Made by a program: the position numbers and the translations under genes. A stretch of 64,000 nt of DNA, from NCBI RefSeq assembly GCF_902652985.1, contig NC_047017.1, positions 5,518,001-5,582,000 of the forward strand, read 5' to 3'. The notes beneath the pieces are model-generated. The model did not search any database. It was not told the DNA's origin and worked only from the letters and a program-made list of their open reading frames with translations. Positions 35,173-48,155 of this stretch are shown in pieces. This DNA comes from Pecten maximus. Taxonomy: Eukaryota. Numbering within the stretch: position 1 is the first letter of the stretch; the number at the start of each line of letters is the position of its first letter.

Positions 35173-37122
35173 ACCCAGGGATCAGCATCAATTTCCATCT
35201 TTCCGTGTCTGAATATCGCTCTCGATATCTGATCTTCTTTCTTGGAATATGTCACAACAAAATAAAATGCGCTGTATGAACTTACTAGTAGATGGAAGTA
35301 TTTGACTAGTTTGGAAAATGTGGGCTTCTTTCTTTCGATTAGTACTATAGTACCTTTGTAATATTCAAAGGTCATATACTAGTATGAAAAGTGGTCTGTT
35401 TTGATGTCTGAAACTAAATCAGATAGCATTCGACTTTTGTTGTGACATACGCCAAGAGTGCAGGAAAGATAGTTTTGTCAAGAATTGAACCCTGGATATC
35501 CTACTCCAGCGGAGACGCATCGTGGATGAGTGATATGCCGGTATCATTACAACTACAAACGAACCAAGCGCGCCATGGTATCTCAATGAATCAGAGCGAA
35601 CAACTTTAACTACAAATTGGAACAAAACACTGTTATTCACAAGGTTATAGATTGTGATGTCGATATGGAAATGTATTAACCAGAAAGGAACACTAACCGA
35701 CGTATAAGGCTGAATTGTTAAGCGTTGGTTCAGTTGAATATGTGTCATTGGGTTCCATATTAAGTAATCTAAAATAAATCTGATTAGTACAGAATGAGTG
35801 AGAGAGGGAAGGTCATTACATCGAAGAGAACGTGGGTCGACTTTTCTTAAATTCAGTGGTATATTAGGTTGTGAATAGGAAGGGACAGCCGGACATCAAT
35901 ATTTATTCTTTAATTTACGACAATCTAGTCCTATTTATTGCACAGAGTTTCTAATACTACAGGTAGTGGGGTAGCGTTTTGTCACGTGACTAGGTAAAAC
36001 TTAACTTTCAAATACTGATGGAACCGCAGCGAATTGAGAATTAATTGTGGTGAACAAAATTGTTCTTATCCATAACAACACAATAATAACACTATTCGTA
36101 TGGGTTATCTCGATTAGATATGAACTGGAAATATTGTTATTTTAAACTGTTCATGGCTAGACTTGTTTAAGTGGTTTAACCGTATTATTGCAAAGTGAAA
36201 ATAGAAAATATATAATCAGGACACCTGTTTGAGAATCGATGACGTTTTTGATAATATCCGATAGAAGCATGGATTATGATGCAGTGTCTATATTTTACTT
36301 ATCAGTATTATGTTGATGTATAAACAATTATATTTATTAATAGGGTTCATAAACACCATTGTATCATTGTTTCGTGTGCTCGAATGTTATTATCTACATG
36401 TCCTACTTTATCAGAAATTAAAATATATTTTGTCATCTATTGCGTGTCTTCGTTATTGATTAATTCCACTAAATCGGTGGCATTTTTATTTTGCATATAG
36501 GCCTAATCATGCTCTGTTAAACAATAAATACAAATTGCACTTGTATCATTTACCAAAAAAAACAAACAAACACCGGCAACTGTCAAATGTTCATTATAAA
36601 CTCAAATTTTGGATACTAAAATATTCCATGGTTCCAGTATTGAGTACAAAACGGGACCCTATATCTATCAACACATATCTTAAAACCATAAAGGCGCAAG
36701 AAATTATAATAAGTGATTTGTTAAGTACGAAGAAGAAAACTATTGTGGCACATATTTTGAACTTGTTAAAAGCAAGAAAAAATAGGCAACTCGTTAACAA
36801 TGGACAAAAATAGACAAGCACACTTAAACCAACATATACAAACAGTAAGTTATTACCAGGTAAAGTGAACAACATGGACAGAACACGTGGATTTTACCTG
36901 TAGATGCATTCATATATTTTTCTTCTAGAAAAACAAGATTTTTTTTTTCATAAACTACTATGAAGATACATACGTGCATACATAACACATGAAATTATGT
37001 CTTAGTATTAATACGATCGAGGTAAAATAACCAAATGTTTGTAATTCTCTCAAAACGTGACAGAGTATTACCAAAACGTTTTATTGTAATAATGTGAAAT
37101 GGAAGTAATAATGAAACATCGG

Positions 37123-37222
37123 GTTTATCATAAAACATCAAATTTATCATAAAACATCAAATTTATCATAAAACATCAAATTTATCATAAAACATCAAAT
37201 TTATCATAAAACACCAGGTTTA
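37123..37222. repeat. 19-bp tandem repeat (TTTATCATAAAACATCAAA) x5
   Basis: Directly visible. Confidence 0.95.
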
Positions 37223-39163
37223 TTGTGGTTAAAAGTTTTGATCATCATAATAAATCATATTTTTTAATGGAAGTAGACAAGGCAAGTTACAGATGTTTCA
37301 TCGGCAAAAAGCTGAAATAAAAATTGAAAACAACAGAAGTCATAAAACTGATCTTTGGAGCACACCTGCCCACGCCTGATTGCAAAAATCACTTTCTCGA
37401 ATAATGAAAAATGTTCTTATGTGGTATTGCATAAATTTCTCCATATTCTTTTAATTCCTGATGATATATGGTTTAAATTTTGCAACCAGACGTTTATTCA
37501 ATAGCTCGGGCCTTGCATGCACTGTATTGTTTATAATTCAGATTCCTTTCATATGTAATGTGGTCCTGAAAAACAAAAAAACCTGAGGTCCTTTATTATT
37601 TTCAAATGGCTATAAACGACGGCTAAAACGGAAACTCTGATAGCTGAAAAGGCACTTCTATAAGAGGTTTCACATGTAAAAATACATTGTATCTCATCTT
37701 CGCTAGCCAAGGCTCCTGATTACGTTACACTTCATGGAGTGTGACACGAGGCTTGGCGAGCGAGGATTAAATATAATCGTGTAAAATCAATAATAATAAA
37801 AAGAACATTAAAATAATGTTGAGAAGATGATATGCGTCCCTTTAAAAGCATCGTCGGATACCCACGGTTGATTGCATTACGCTACACTTCACCTGCGCTA
37901 CGCTACAGTTGATTGCAAAACTACGCTACACACCACAATTGATTACACAGCTTCGCGACGCTGCACTAGCGTAGCGTAGTGCAATCTGCAATACGCAAGG
38001 GTTGTACAAAAGACACGAGACAATATCAATGAGAGTTATATGCATCATACAGCAGTTTCGGTCCCCCTTAAACAGCCAGGGTCATTTTGAGATGCCCCAC
38101 CTCTGTATTACAGCAGTCGTTTAGTTACTACATCACTGAAACTGTGAAAAATGACAAATACTTGTACATCTTTTGATAAAAGAATATGTAACTTATAAAG
38201 ACATTATCACGAACCTTTCTAATAATTATCATTTTATGAATCAGACAATATGATTATTTTTTTGTCAGTGGTTTCAGTAACGTTCCTCAACGATTTGAAA
38301 ACATTATTCAATCAAATAAAAACAAACCTTGCTTGAGGAACTAATGTCGTAAATTAAAAAGTTAATGAAACTTGACCTAATGTTGCAGTTCTACAAATAC
38401 GATTGCAGGTTTTTCTCTCAATAGAATGTTTAAGATGCAGTTAATTATGTCAGCTATTGATAAACCTTGATTAGGACATGATCTGATAGTATGAGCCAAA
38501 TGCTTGAACGTGTAGAGGCTGCATAAAATTATCATCCTCATTAGATTATTTGAATCGGTAAATATTATTACCTTCATTACGTGATATGCCACTCCGTTAG
38601 CAAAGGGTAATAGTGAAATCTTCGATGCGTTAATCATATGTATTTACAATGAAATAGAGCATTGTGTTATATATTTGTTATATGAGGCTTACCGGGTACT
38701 TGACCTCGATGGGAGACCGGGGATTTATGGGGAACAAAAACAAATAAATAAATAAATTGTAAATATTTTATTTTATTTATGAATGTTTTTCTAAATTGTA
38801 AGAAATTGACTAAAAAAATGTAATGATATTTCAATTATCAGTAATTTGAATGAAAGCAGTATTTTGGTAAGATATAAATTTTATTTGCCAAACTTTGATA
38901 CTTAAACATTTCAAAACGATCCTTTCGTATAAAATGTCTTTTATTCTGAAATATTTATCGATGGAAAAAAATCGTATTCCGGATACACTATTCGTGATCC
39001 ACATTTATACTATCACAATCGTTTCCGGCGAGTCTCGTTTTCGAGTGGAGGGTGAAATACAACTTCCGTTAAAATGTGACATGAGTACTGTATTTATGAC
39101 AAGCGAAATAGCCCACGTCAAGTCTAGTTGTTACAAGTTTTACACTCAAATGATAATGAAGAC

Positions 39164-42100
39164 ATGAAGAAGAGGTCTGTCAGCGGCAATGAGACGTCGT
39201 CAAGACAGTTACACCGCCGTCAAACTAGGCCCAAAGCCAATTCTATTCAGACACACAACGAAGACGAAAAGGAAACGAGTCAACTGCAAAGCAAACGTCG
39301 AAAAGTTAGACTAGGCCTAACCAATTTATCACCAATTCATGATCAATCACCTGAATCATGTTCGAAAAGTAAGAAGTTGTTAAAATGTGTTTGAAAACTA
39401 ACTAAAGCCTAGGCCTAATTGCCTTTGGCATAATTTGTTTCACATATGCACAATTGTTGAACATTTACATTTTGAACATGCATGCATGCTGTACATAGAG
39501 GTTTAGTTTACGTGTAAAGGAACAGGGGTCGAATTCTCTCAGCATGTTTAAAGATATTTTTATTTATCAAATACCTCTCACTTTTACTTTTAGTTAAGGG
39601 GAGATAACTCTGATAAATAAAACATTAATTTAGGATAAGTTATAACTAGCTATATACATGTATATATATATAGCTACAGCTATGGTGTAGTCTGTAGAGC
39701 CATTCGTTCTTGAAGAGCTGCCCTGGGAACCTCAAAACTAAAATAAAACCCAACGAAATAAACAACAAACAAAATAAATGACAAACAACAAGGGAGAAAC
39801 TCATTATAAAAAGATAATATCAGGAGCATAACCGTTACGCCAATTATCTGAAGATCTGATCATGACTATGCTCAACTGCTGTGACCTGTCTGCTACAGTC
39901 ATATGTATGTGAGGTCTGTCAAAATTTTTGTTTAAAGCTCTAAACTTTGTTTGTACAAACATAAAGGTTGTCATTGACAGTGATAATGGACGGATATTAT
40001 ATGTATATACATCTATGCATTGACATGATGTATATATACATTTAGCAGGATGACAACTTTGTATATGAAAGTCAGAATTTTATTATATTTGATTGATAAC
40101 CATATCCCTTTTACTTATTAGAAACAACTTTTGTCCGAAAAGTTTTTGTTTTTTTTGCTTCATGATTTCCAAGCTTCCGAAATCACCCTTTTTTGGAAGG
40201 TATACATATAAAAAGCAAGAAATTCATTACAATATGAAAACTGTTAAAGCAAAAGTTGGTTGACACAGTAAAGAATGTATATTTGTATATATGTATTCTC
40301 AAAGTATTGACACCAGTCGTATCTTATGATAAAAGCTGGACATAGTCATGATCTGTTTTATTTTTGTTTAATGAATGTTTATAAGAACTTTCAATTTACC
40401 AGTAGTTGGATATATATGCTCACAGAAATGAATGGTTTGACAATTATATTTAATATGAAATTGAGTATGTATGGACATGATTAAAAGTCCCAGTAATGTG
40501 TCATTTAATTTCTATACTAATAGTTTATATCAATAACTCATATCATCATTTTAAAGACATTTTTCCTTCTATGTCGCAATTGATAATCAATGAGTTCACA
40601 TACCTTTAAAAGATCTGGCATGATATTTGCCCCCAAAACTGGTGCATATATATTAGTTGATATATTCCTCATGATATTTTCCTTTCACATTTTACAGGAC
40701 AGGATATTTCAAAGAGGGATTCAAAATTTGAAACACCGAAATCCAACAAGAGCGGTTACTTACATGATAGCACTCCATTTAAGGATGATATTCTGTTGGC
40801 GTCCCAAGGCTACGATGCGCAGTGCGATGTGAGATGGGATTGTACATCACCTGATGCTCTCCGATACATCAGGAAGAGTAAGAATGATTTGTATAAAAGT
40901 CTGTGCAAAAAGAGGGGATGAAAACATTCTCCTTTATGATTACTATATAGTATAAGTAAGATTATGATGTTGAGGGTTGTATAAAAAGACATACAAGTTG
41001 TTATTACGGAAGAATGATTTGTATGAAAGTCTGTGCCAAAAAAAAAAAAAAAACGAGGTGGAAACAATCGCCTTTATGATAACATTATTATATAATAGTA
41101 TAAGTAAGATTATGAAGTTGAGGGTTGTACAAAAAGACATACAAGTTTTGATTTCCTTTAAAAAAAAATTAAGAATTAGATATAGTAGAGCCAAAATTAA
41201 GTTAACTCTATCATATACAGCTCATTTGTCCTTTTGAGTGCTTAAAATGTTGATGATAGAAGCTAAAGACAACCAAAAAACTGGCAATAACGGTAAGTAA
41301 AGAAATGTCAAAATCTGCATGTTGAAGCCATTATTGTAGAAATGAGGGAATATATGTTTCATATATTGTCCCAACAAATAACAAAAAATTACCAAGACTG
41401 AGTGGTGTGTTTGAATCAAGGACAAAATGATGCATTGGATCATTTTAAAGTCATTGTAATCTTAATTGTCTTAGAAATCCAATTTGTCTAAAGTCCAGTC
41501 ATTTTAACTGGGAATGAATCAAATGTGCTAGCTTAAATGGGTCTCTAATCTACATGTATGTAATTGTCACAGTATATAAAATCAAACCTGTATACTACCA
41601 GTATTGGCCTATTTGTGATATTGTTAATAAATTCATATCTTACAGATAGACGACGTCATCATTCCAGTGATGTTGCAGACATTGTCCAACTTCTTATTCC
41701 AAAAGAGGTAAAGTCACTTTATCATTATCTAAAGCTTCGATTCAATGGTACCATTTGAGTTTATACAGTGAAACATTGCGTCATCATCAAACTATCATTT
41801 CTGGATAAGTGATGTTGTCCTTCTTAGTGTTTTTCCTGCTTTTTTATTTTGGGCTGAATCAGACTCATCTCCTGATCATGTATGCCTATTTTCCTAGTGA
41901 AGTTATCAAAATTTCCAAAACTTTACTTGTGGTGATGACAGGAAATCCAGTGATTTTACACTAAGATTTGTTGTACATTCAATTCCCAATTTCCACCAGG
42001 TGGCATTATCCCAGAATGGTCTGGAAAAACACTGCCTTAGGAAACGCTCACATTATACTGACTCAATGTCACATTTTGTCTGATAATTTAATCCTTCTTA

Positions 42101-45100
42101 AATTATATGTATAAAGCTTTTACTTTAAACATCCTATATAATGGATATTCAAAATTGAAATAGATATTTGGATTTATATACAGGTATATGTGATAGTAAA
42201 AGATTGTTTTGGCATATCAAATTATTCAACTCATTCGATGAATTCTTTATGACATAGCCAATCATGTATGATCCTTTATTTATGCTTGAAGGATTCCCCT
42301 TATATCGTAACTTGTTACTTCTAGTCACAGGAGGAGGATGCAGGCTCATCAACGAACACCCCACCTCTACTTGGATTGTGGATGAATTTGTCAAACCAGT
42401 CCACACATGCCAGCAAGGATGATAAATCTGGACACAGTACACACCCAGTGCACTCCAGCAAGCTCGTACGGTGAGGGAAAGCCATACAGTTTGACATAAA
42501 AAGAACATCTGCCATTATACTGTTGATTTTAAAACCAGAAAAACAGAAAAAACTTTATCCGGTAGTTCTTTGCAGGCCTGGACATCAAAGGTCAGGGTCA
42601 CATACTTTAAATAGAAAATCAGTTAATGCACAATTTCTTGTTCTTTTGGGGTGATTGCATTCGATGAATCGTTTGGGATAAACTTTAAATTTAGGCTCAA
42701 AGGTCAGGTGTTGTCAGTGACTATAGATAAAAAAAATCAGTTATGCATATTTTGTTCTGTTGAGCTGATTGTTCTTGACTTTATCCAGTGATTTCCTTAA
42801 GAAAGTGCTTAATTGGAATAAATCTATTAGGATTTAATGTCAAATGTCAAGGTCATACAAATAAAAATAAGTTTATCCCATTTAGTTTTAATCATTGCTA
42901 CACTTGCTTGCTTGGAATAACCATTTAGGCCCAGAGTTTAAAGGTCAAGGTCACTGTTTGCACAGTATCTTTAGCTCTGTTGGGCTGATTTCACTCAGAC
43001 TTTGTCCGTTCCTTTCTCAAAGGAAGTGCTTGCTTGAGATATCTTTAAAGGCTTGAATGTCAAAGGTCAAGGTGACTGTACATTGCTATTAATAGAATAT
43101 TAGTTTAAATTTATGCATTATAGATTGAGTTCTATAAAGCAAATTTCACTCAGAATTTATTAAGTAGTTATATAAAGAAAGTACTAGCTTTGGATAGCTT
43201 TTCAGTCTGAAAGGTCAAAGGTGGTCAAGGTCACTGTTGTTATAAATAGAAAATCAGTTGTATCTTGTGTTCTATAGTGCGATTTGCCATGTAACACTCA
43301 GGTTAAGCTTGGGTTTAGAGGCAGACACCTTGTGTGGTCTGTTGACATTTAATTACTCTAGTTGTTTTTGAAATCACCTTATTAAATGGTGTATTAAACC
43401 TTTCGTCGCTGTCAGTGTGGAATACTCCAAAAATGTCAGAATATTGGTTTAATACATTTTCAGAGGAAAATTAACAGAAATATGACTCATTTATACATAG
43501 TAAAATTTCCATAATGATTGAATTTGAGGAAACATATTTGAAGGAAACATATGATCATCAATGAGGGAAATAGCATGCTCTGACATCACTTCCTTCAGAT
43601 ACATGTACATTATTATACCATCCCATGGTTTCTATTCCTGAAAGTGAAATTAATCAAGATTAGCAAATTTTCTATATATTTATTTGTAGTTTGTAAACCT
43701 GCTCTGAATTTTTAAATTTTGTGTTCCAGGTTCAGGAAAAAGGACAAATTACGTAGTCGTGATGCAAAGATGCCGAGAGAATTGTTGGAAAAACTGAAGT
43801 TGGCTGTAGAAAAATGTGAGAATTATCAATGTTAGGATGGTAAAAAAATCTTTGGTAGCTATATATTGATAAACTACAGAATATGTTTGTACCCATTTAT
43901 AATAACCTCCTTACCTTTAACCTTTCCTGATACATCCGTGGCAACTTCACCTAAAACTTGGTAGACTTTATAATTGTGATATTTTGTCTTGTTTCCTAAA
44001 AAGAATTTTTGATTGGACAGTTTTTGCAAAAGTTGTTGCCCTTTGTTTATTTCAGTATTAATTTTGATTTTTGTCTTGAGATTTCCTTTTTTGGACCAAT
44101 TACTAATAAAGCATAAGAATCATGATATAAAGTTTCGTTTCTCAGAAAAAAATCTGATTCAATTATTTTTCAAAATGTACTGTTGCCAATTTCTGTTGTT
44201 GAAGACTTGAGTACTTGTTTTTATTAAACTGTCAGAAAATTATATATTGACTTTGTAGTGAAAAGTGAGATTTATAGCTTGCCAGATAGCCTCTCTTAAG
44301 AAAATACAAATGCCCAGTTGTTTACATACCTGAGTAAATTGTGGATAATATTTTGCCATTTAGGTGATGGGCAATCCACAACATCGACAGAAGAGGTCGC
44401 TGAAAGTGATAAGTACGATACTTTTATACATTTCTCAATTTGTTTTACATGTTCTGTATTAATAAAATACAATGATAATTTCTGATCAATTGTGTTAATT
44501 TTGTGGTGACTGTTTAAAGCCGGACACAGGGTTATCTTACCCAAGAATGATATTTATTTTTGACTATTGCTAAAGTAATGATAGCTTAATTTTTGGTTCT
44601 ATAAGAAATTACCTTACATACAAAATAATTGTCAACCAATTAACCAATTTTGAATTATAATGTATTCATTAAAATGCTGGTGTAGGTATCCTCATGTTGA
44701 AAAATAATCTTGAAAAAATTTGGTTATGTGAAAGTAATTTTAATATGACATGGATTCCTTTTCTAGGGATACAAAAAAGGATGAAAGTCCAGAAGGTTTT
44801 GACAAATCCAAGGATTTATTTGCAAGTGCAGAAGCGGCCAGATCTGTGTTAATAGAGCGAATGCTTCACCTACTTTGAATTGGAGTGATGATGAAATATT
44901 TGAGAATGAAGATCTCATGAAGGAAACACAGGATCTAGACTTAGAGCCAAAAGACAGAAGGGGCAATAAACGAAAATCTCACGGGATCAAAGAATCAAAA
45001 CCTAAAATGAGTAAAGTTTGCTTAGATACTCATCAAGAACTGCAAAGTAACTTGTCTGATAGCAAGAAACAAACAAAGGGTGTAATATCATATAAAATGT

Positions 45101-48100
45101 TTCAAGGGGGGAAGGAGAGATCCCCATTTAGGAAAGTGAAGAGTTTCAATGACATTGATCATGTGCAAAGCAAACCGACAAATGATCTCCGACAAAGTAA
45201 GGGTCGTAAATGTTTATCACTTAGGAACGTTGACACCGTGACAAAAACTGTTACAACAGCATCTACCTCTAAGTCTGTAGGTAGGATGACTGTCAATCAG
45301 GGTAGTAGTGTTACTTCAAACCAAGCTACTTTCACTTCAAACCAAGTCACTCAAAGTACACATGCCTTAGCAATGGACAAAAAACAGCATTCAAATCGTG
45401 GAAATCCTCCAGCAGAAATCTGCACACCTGTAGATCCAAGTGCTTCAAAAATGCTTAGAAACGTGGCGTCTTCTAGTACTACACATAACTATAATGTTAC
45501 TAGTGGTCGTAGCTCTCTTTCCACAACGAATAGAGCTTCTACTCATCATTCAGGACTTGTTGGTACATGCTCTGAAAGGCCAAACAAAGTCTGTGATAAA
45601 GGTCCCTCTGTTCCTGTACCAGCAACCAATAACAGTCTGAAAAATCAAGTCATCATATCTAGTAGGACATTTGTTGTTGCCAAAACTCAAACTACAGGTT
45701 CTGGTATTGTGAGTACTGGAGTACAGAATCCAAATCCTGTAGTTAGTAAAAGTCAATTCAATAAAATCAACTCTGGATTACAATGTTCAACAGTCCAAAG
45801 TGCTTCTACTACAACCTCAAACTCTAGACGACGCTCCAGTGGAATCTTCGACACAAGTTTGTCTGATGATCTTCTATGCCAGCTAGCTGAACCAGACGAG
45901 CTTTTGGACAGTCAGGCTAGTCAGAACACTAACAGTATTGTTAAGTCTCAAAGTTTAGGTGTAACATTACACGAAGGAAAACCAGTGCAAGGAGTTGGTA
46001 TGACAAAGTGTGTTAGTGTATCTTGTGATAGACCCAAGTCTAGTGTATTGTTTCCTGCGAGTTCAAAAGGACCTGTGAAAACGACAGGATTGAAACAAGT
46101 GCCAATCATTTCTAATTTCAATAAAACTGGATGTGCCAATTATAATATCCCTCTAACTACACAGTCTAGTGTTAGTGGCAATAATAGAATTGGTGCCGAC
46201 TCCATGATAACTCTTAGTCAAGTGTCATCTTCTCAGAGGAGCAAATTCAAATTCAAATCCAAATCTGTGAACAGTGGGATGGGTGTACAAATACCAGTGT
46301 CCACTGTTACTACAAAAATGTCTGCAAATCTGTCCACGTCTGTTAGCGCCCCAGAGATCAGGAAACTCACTACTGTCGCTACCAAGTCAACAGGTAAAAT
46401 TTAAACATGTGTATAGCTAGGTATAACACCAAATTAAATTAACTATAAATACCAGCACCCAAATGTGTATTTTAATGACCACAGTAAATTTCAGTAAAAC
46501 CTGTGAAGCTACCAAATGGTGAAAGAAAATTTCTTAATAGACAGGTAGTTTTTATAGCTTGTTTGATAGACTTTGTAGTTAATATGATTTTGTCCCAAGG
46601 AATTTTTTTAATACATTGTCATCAGATGGTTGGCTATTCAAATCACCTCTTTCCATATAATAGTTATTTATATATGTAAATGTAGCCTTTTCCAACCTCA
46701 CCCCAATCTCCTTAATTTGATGCCTTGTTGCAATTGTCCATGTTCAATTTGCATTCTCTAACTTGCATGCAAAGGCACCATCTTCGATTTTTACTGTTAA
46801 GTAAATTATCACTATTTTTTACAGTGAGCTAGATCTTTCTCCAATTTTAATTCCTATAAGTATATATATAAGAGGTTTTACTGGATGAATGTTTTTCAGG
46901 TTCTTCCCTTACAGACAACAGTGAGGACCTGTTTAACTCGGATGATGACGAGCTGTCTGAACAGCAGATCTTGGCCGTGCTGGACACCGTGGAATGTAAG
47001 ATCAGTACCATATAACATATATGTATTAACACAAACTTGTCGTGATACTCATGGTCATAAATCTTTTTTAAAAAATGTGTTAAAAATGAGAATAGACACT
47101 AAGTAGTGGGCAATTATTTCAAATCCAAAATATTTTTCATTGAAATTTTCAATTTTTTTTCTGACTGCTTGTCATATATACGATAATATACAGGAAGCAA
47201 ACATGAATTTTTATGTACATAATTAACGGTTTCTTGTGTATTATTAACTTGACTTTACCAAAAAATGCTGAAGTTCCTTAAGCTTGTTGAAGTTGTTAAA
47301 TCCAATATCCTGCACATATGTAACACATTCCAAGATAGTACAGTACTAAGATAATAAACATTCAATTTCCTCTTTTCAGTGGAGGCTTCGCAGATGCCAA
47401 TAGCACCACAGAGTCAGCAGTGTCCCAAGACAAGTCCAAGTGCTTTTCCTAGCAAGTGCTCCATGAACGAAATCGAGCAGAAAAAGCATGCAGCAAAAGC
47501 AAAACTTCTGAAGAAGAAGGCCGAAGCTGTTTCTCCAGAGACTCTATCACAGGATACAAGTCCGATAAAATTTAGTCCTACGAAATATACACTGGAGGAG
47601 ATTGAAAGGAAAAAACAGGCCGCTTTAGAAAAAAGACGAGCCAAAAGTAAAGAGACTTTACCTGAAAGTTCAAATGTGTTCAATCAATATAAGCAAGATT
47701 TTATAGTTAAGAAACAGCAAAATGTCAGCACAAAAAATCCTAGTGCAATACAGAGTTGCTCTTCTGGAAGTCCGGACAAGCTTCATCAGGATGATATACA
47801 AAGAAAACGGCTGGCTGCACTTGAAAAACTTAAACTTAGGGAAGACAATGTTAAGAAATGTGCTTCCAGTAGCAGTTCTAGTGATAGAAACAGCTTTAGT
47901 CCAGGAAAATGCTCACAAGAGGAAATTGAGCAAAAAAAACTGGCGGCATTGGAAAGAAAGAAACATGCATCAGGGGATGTTATGAAGGCGCGTCATCATT
48001 CCGACTCTAGTCCCGGATTCTCCAGCAGTCAAAGTGCTGAGAGTAGTCCTTTTAAATGTACCCCGGAAGAAATTGAGAAAAAGAAATTAGCAGCATTAGC

Positions 48101-48155
48101 AAAATTAAAAATAAGGAAGAACTTGAGCAGTCAGATGTCTAGTAAAGGGAATTAG
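39164..48155 (+). CDS. ETAA1: ETAA1-like ATR activator. Exons 39164-39368, 40698-40877, 41646-41707, 42325-42470, 43730-43830, 44364-44412, 44767-46393 (frame break near 44803-44875), 46900-46995, 47380-48155
   Basis: AAD-like ETPK...DVRWDCTSP...SSDVADIVQLLIP...LLGLW compares with recalled human ETPK...DIFWDQNSP...SDEISHIVNRIAP...MLDMW. RBM1-like SDDLLCQ compares with DDDLLYQ. C-terminal KCTPEEIEKKKLAAL compares with KCSPEEIQRKRQEAL. The order of motifs is conserved. Confidence 0.85.
40880..41150 (+). repeat. Two-copy ~135-bp tandem duplication beginning at the ETAA1 exon-2 donor
   Basis: AAGAATGATTTGTAT(A/G)AAAGTCTGTGC...TAGTATAAGTAAGATTATGA.GTTGAGGGTTGTA.AAAAAGACATACAAGTT occurs twice. Confidence 0.85.
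42560..43330. repeat. Degenerate ~120-130-bp array carrying AAAGGTCAAGGTCA motifs
   Basis: The motif recurs near 42587, 42699, 42841, 42940, 43061 and 43210 with similar flanks. Related remnants lie at 49360-49840 and 3920. Confidence 0.65.
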
